Origin: Thermoleophilaceae bacterium
Lineage (GTDB): Bacteria; Actinomycetota; Thermoleophilia; Solirubrobacterales; Thermoleophilaceae
NCBI GenBank assembly: GCA_050998555.1
Contig: JBPCQB010000110.1
Coordinates: 1 to 51,090 of the forward strand
Direction: 5' to 3'
Length of the DNA: 51,090 nucleotides
Within the stretch, counting starts at the first letter, position 1, and each line of letters begins with the position of its first letter. Positions 49,905 through 51,090 of this stretch are shown here, one piece after another. The translations under genes and the position numbers were made by a program. A model generated the notes under the pieces. The model was not told the DNA's origin. It ran no database searches and saw nothing but the letters and a program-made list of their open reading frames with translations.

Positions 49905-50400
49905 AACGGCGTAGGTTCCCTCAAGTCCTGCAAGACAAAGGAGGACCTACGCCGTGAGACGTACCGTACCGCCGTCGCGGAAATTGAGGAGCAGATCGAC
50001 GCGTTGCTCGCCGTGGGAGTCGGCGAGAACCCCCGCGAGTCGTTGTCCGAGCTCGCCAAGCTCGGCGCCCGGCTGATCATTCAGCGTGCGGTCGAGGAGG
50101 AGTTCGACGCGTGGCTTGGCCGGGCGCGCTACGAGCGCCGGCCGGACGATCAGCGGGGCCTGCGCAACGGCTTTCGCCCCCGCAAGCTGCAGACCGCCGA
50201 GGGGGAGCTCTCGGTCGAGCTCCCGCAGGTGCGCGAGTGGGCCGAGCCGTTCGTCTCGAAGCTGTTCCCCCGCGGGACGATGCTGCTTCGCACCGAGCCG
50301 CTCAGGGCGATGGTATCGGCGCGTTCGTGCGTGGCTGTCGATGCGCGACCTCGAGTCACTCTGCGAGCAGGCCGGACTGGGGTCGGCGTGGTTAGGATCG
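49905..50400 (+). mobile_element. IS256-family (mutator-type) transposase remnant: N-terminal ~145 codons only, with frameshifts
   Basis: Frame 0 reads ESLSELAKLGARLIIQRAVEEEFDAWLGRARYERRPDDQRGLRNGFRPRKLQTAEGELSVELPQVREWAEPFVSKLFPRG. The expected continuation is split over two other frames (..IGAFVRG.. / ..LSMRDLESLCEQAGLG) and then stops resembling a transposase. The SD-preceded GTG at 49954 is out of frame with the conserved part. No catalytic DDE region is present. Confidence 0.6.
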
Positions 50401-50405
50401 CTTGC

Positions 50406-51090
50406 ATGGCGGCTGTCGGGGGAACTGCGGGGATCGGCTCGGCCATCGGGGAGCTCGCAGACGGTGTCCGCGACGCAACCGACGAGGCGCAGGCGCTCGG
50501 CTTGGGCGACAAGCAACTCGCACTCAGCGCGCTTGCTCGCCTGAGCTCACAGGCTGCAGACGCGCTGACGTCCTCACCTGCGGGACACGCCGCACCCGAA
50601 ACGGCGGACGTGTCCAACCTGGCGAGCGCCCTCAATCGCCAGAATGTCCTGAGATCCGACTCCCTGTTCGTCGCCGTCGTGAAGCAACTGCTTCCGCACA
50701 TCAGTCTTACGGCGGGAGCCCTCGTGGCCGCCGGTGTGCTCTACAACCTCGGAAAAAGCGTCGGCGAAGCCACGTTCCTCGCGCTCGCCGCTGTGCTCGC
50801 CGCCGGGAGCGGAGCTTTACTCGTAGCCATCGCGCGCGCGGCAGCCGCCTTGGGCCCCGCCTTGGGCCAGCAAGGCGAGGCGGTGGCCAGGGGGTTCGCG
50901 GAGCTCTTCAACGCCCCCGCCGCCGTGAAAAGCGTGCTTGCCAAGCACGTTGACCTTCCGGAGCGTGCGCTCTACGGAACACTGGGACGTACGCCTCCGT
51001 TTCGCCTGATTAACGCCATTGGGCCCATCGGGGGGACCGTCGTGCTCCTGGCCGTCGGGGTAATGCTCGTCGGCGGTATCGCCGGTTTCG
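50406..51090 (+). CDS. Partial ORF (3' end outside window): hypothetical multi-pass membrane protein
   Basis: Absent from the ORF track because it has no stop in the window. Open from the ATG at 50406 to the window end, with hydrophobic stretches LTAGALVAAGVLYNLG, ATFLALAAVLAAGSGALLVAIARAAAAL and GGTVVLLAVGVMLVGGIAGF. GC is lower than in the glycan locus. Start and even reality uncertain. Confidence 0.4.
   Translation, partial: MAAVGGTAGIGSAIGELADGVRDATDEAQALGLGDKQLALSALARLSSQAADALTSSPAGHAAPETADVSNLASALNRQNVLRSDSLFVAVVKQLLPHISLTAGALVAAGVLYNLGKSVGEATFLALAAVLAAGSGALLVAIARAAAALGPALGQQGEAVARGFAELFNAPAAVKSVLAKHVDLPERALYGTLGRTPPFRLINAIGPIGGTVVLLAVGVMLVGGIAGF

Noticed and set aside
50150-50701. 183-aa minus-strand ORF over the IS remnant and membrane-ORF junction
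   Set aside because: The translation is Ser/Ala/Cys-rich without motifs. It is antisense to the transposase-homologous frame and to the hydrophobic + strand ORF.
1-51090. CRISPR arrays, rRNA, tRNA and riboswitch-like elements
   Set aside because: No spaced direct-repeat arrays and no conserved RNA motifs were recognised by eye. Intergenic regions are mostly under 120 bp.

Overview
Very GC-rich bacterial DNA, probably from a high-GC Actinomycetota-type genome (inference from composition and protein style only). Many long ORFs in the track are antisense or out-of-frame shadows. Genes were called from recognisable protein motifs, paralogy and start/stop coupling.

Positions ~175-48531 are essentially one very large glycan-biosynthesis locus. 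It holds at least 17 glycosyltransferase-type genes:
- 6 paralogs of a GT2 (Glyco_tranf_2_4-like) enzyme with coiled-coil tails
- 3 GT32/DXD paralogs with the same kind of tail
- 3 paralogs of an uncharacterised GT-B-like family
- single GT4, GT2, KpsS/KpsC-like, GtrB-like and GT26 genes

The locus also holds:
- 4 sulfotransferase domains: two stand-alone, one fused to a GT2, one fused to a PIG-L deacetylase
- 3 zinc-ribbon SAM methyltransferases
- a complete sialic-acid module (neuA, neuB, neuC)
- a full-length homologue of animal CMP-Neu5Ac hydroxylase (Rieske + MBL fold) with an extra CxxC redox tail
- a Baeyer-Villiger/flavin monooxygenase
- nucleotide-sugar enzymes: SDR epimerases/dehydratases, a nucleotidyltransferase and a dehydrogenase

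Three type II toxin-antitoxin modules sit at sub-operon boundaries: Phd plus a decayed VapC, VapBC, and RHH-Doc. An AAA/DUF234 ATPase accompanies them.

The right flank (48.5-51.1 kb) drops in GC. It carries a serine resolvase, a frameshifted and truncated IS256-family transposase remnant, and a partial membrane-protein ORF.

The most interesting reading is a previously uncharacterised bacterial pathway for a sulfated, methylated, possibly N-glycolylated sialoglycan. No tRNA, rRNA or CRISPR array was seen. No export machinery (Wzx/Wzy/ABC), priming phosphoglycosyltransferase or PAPS-synthesis genes are recognisable inside the window.
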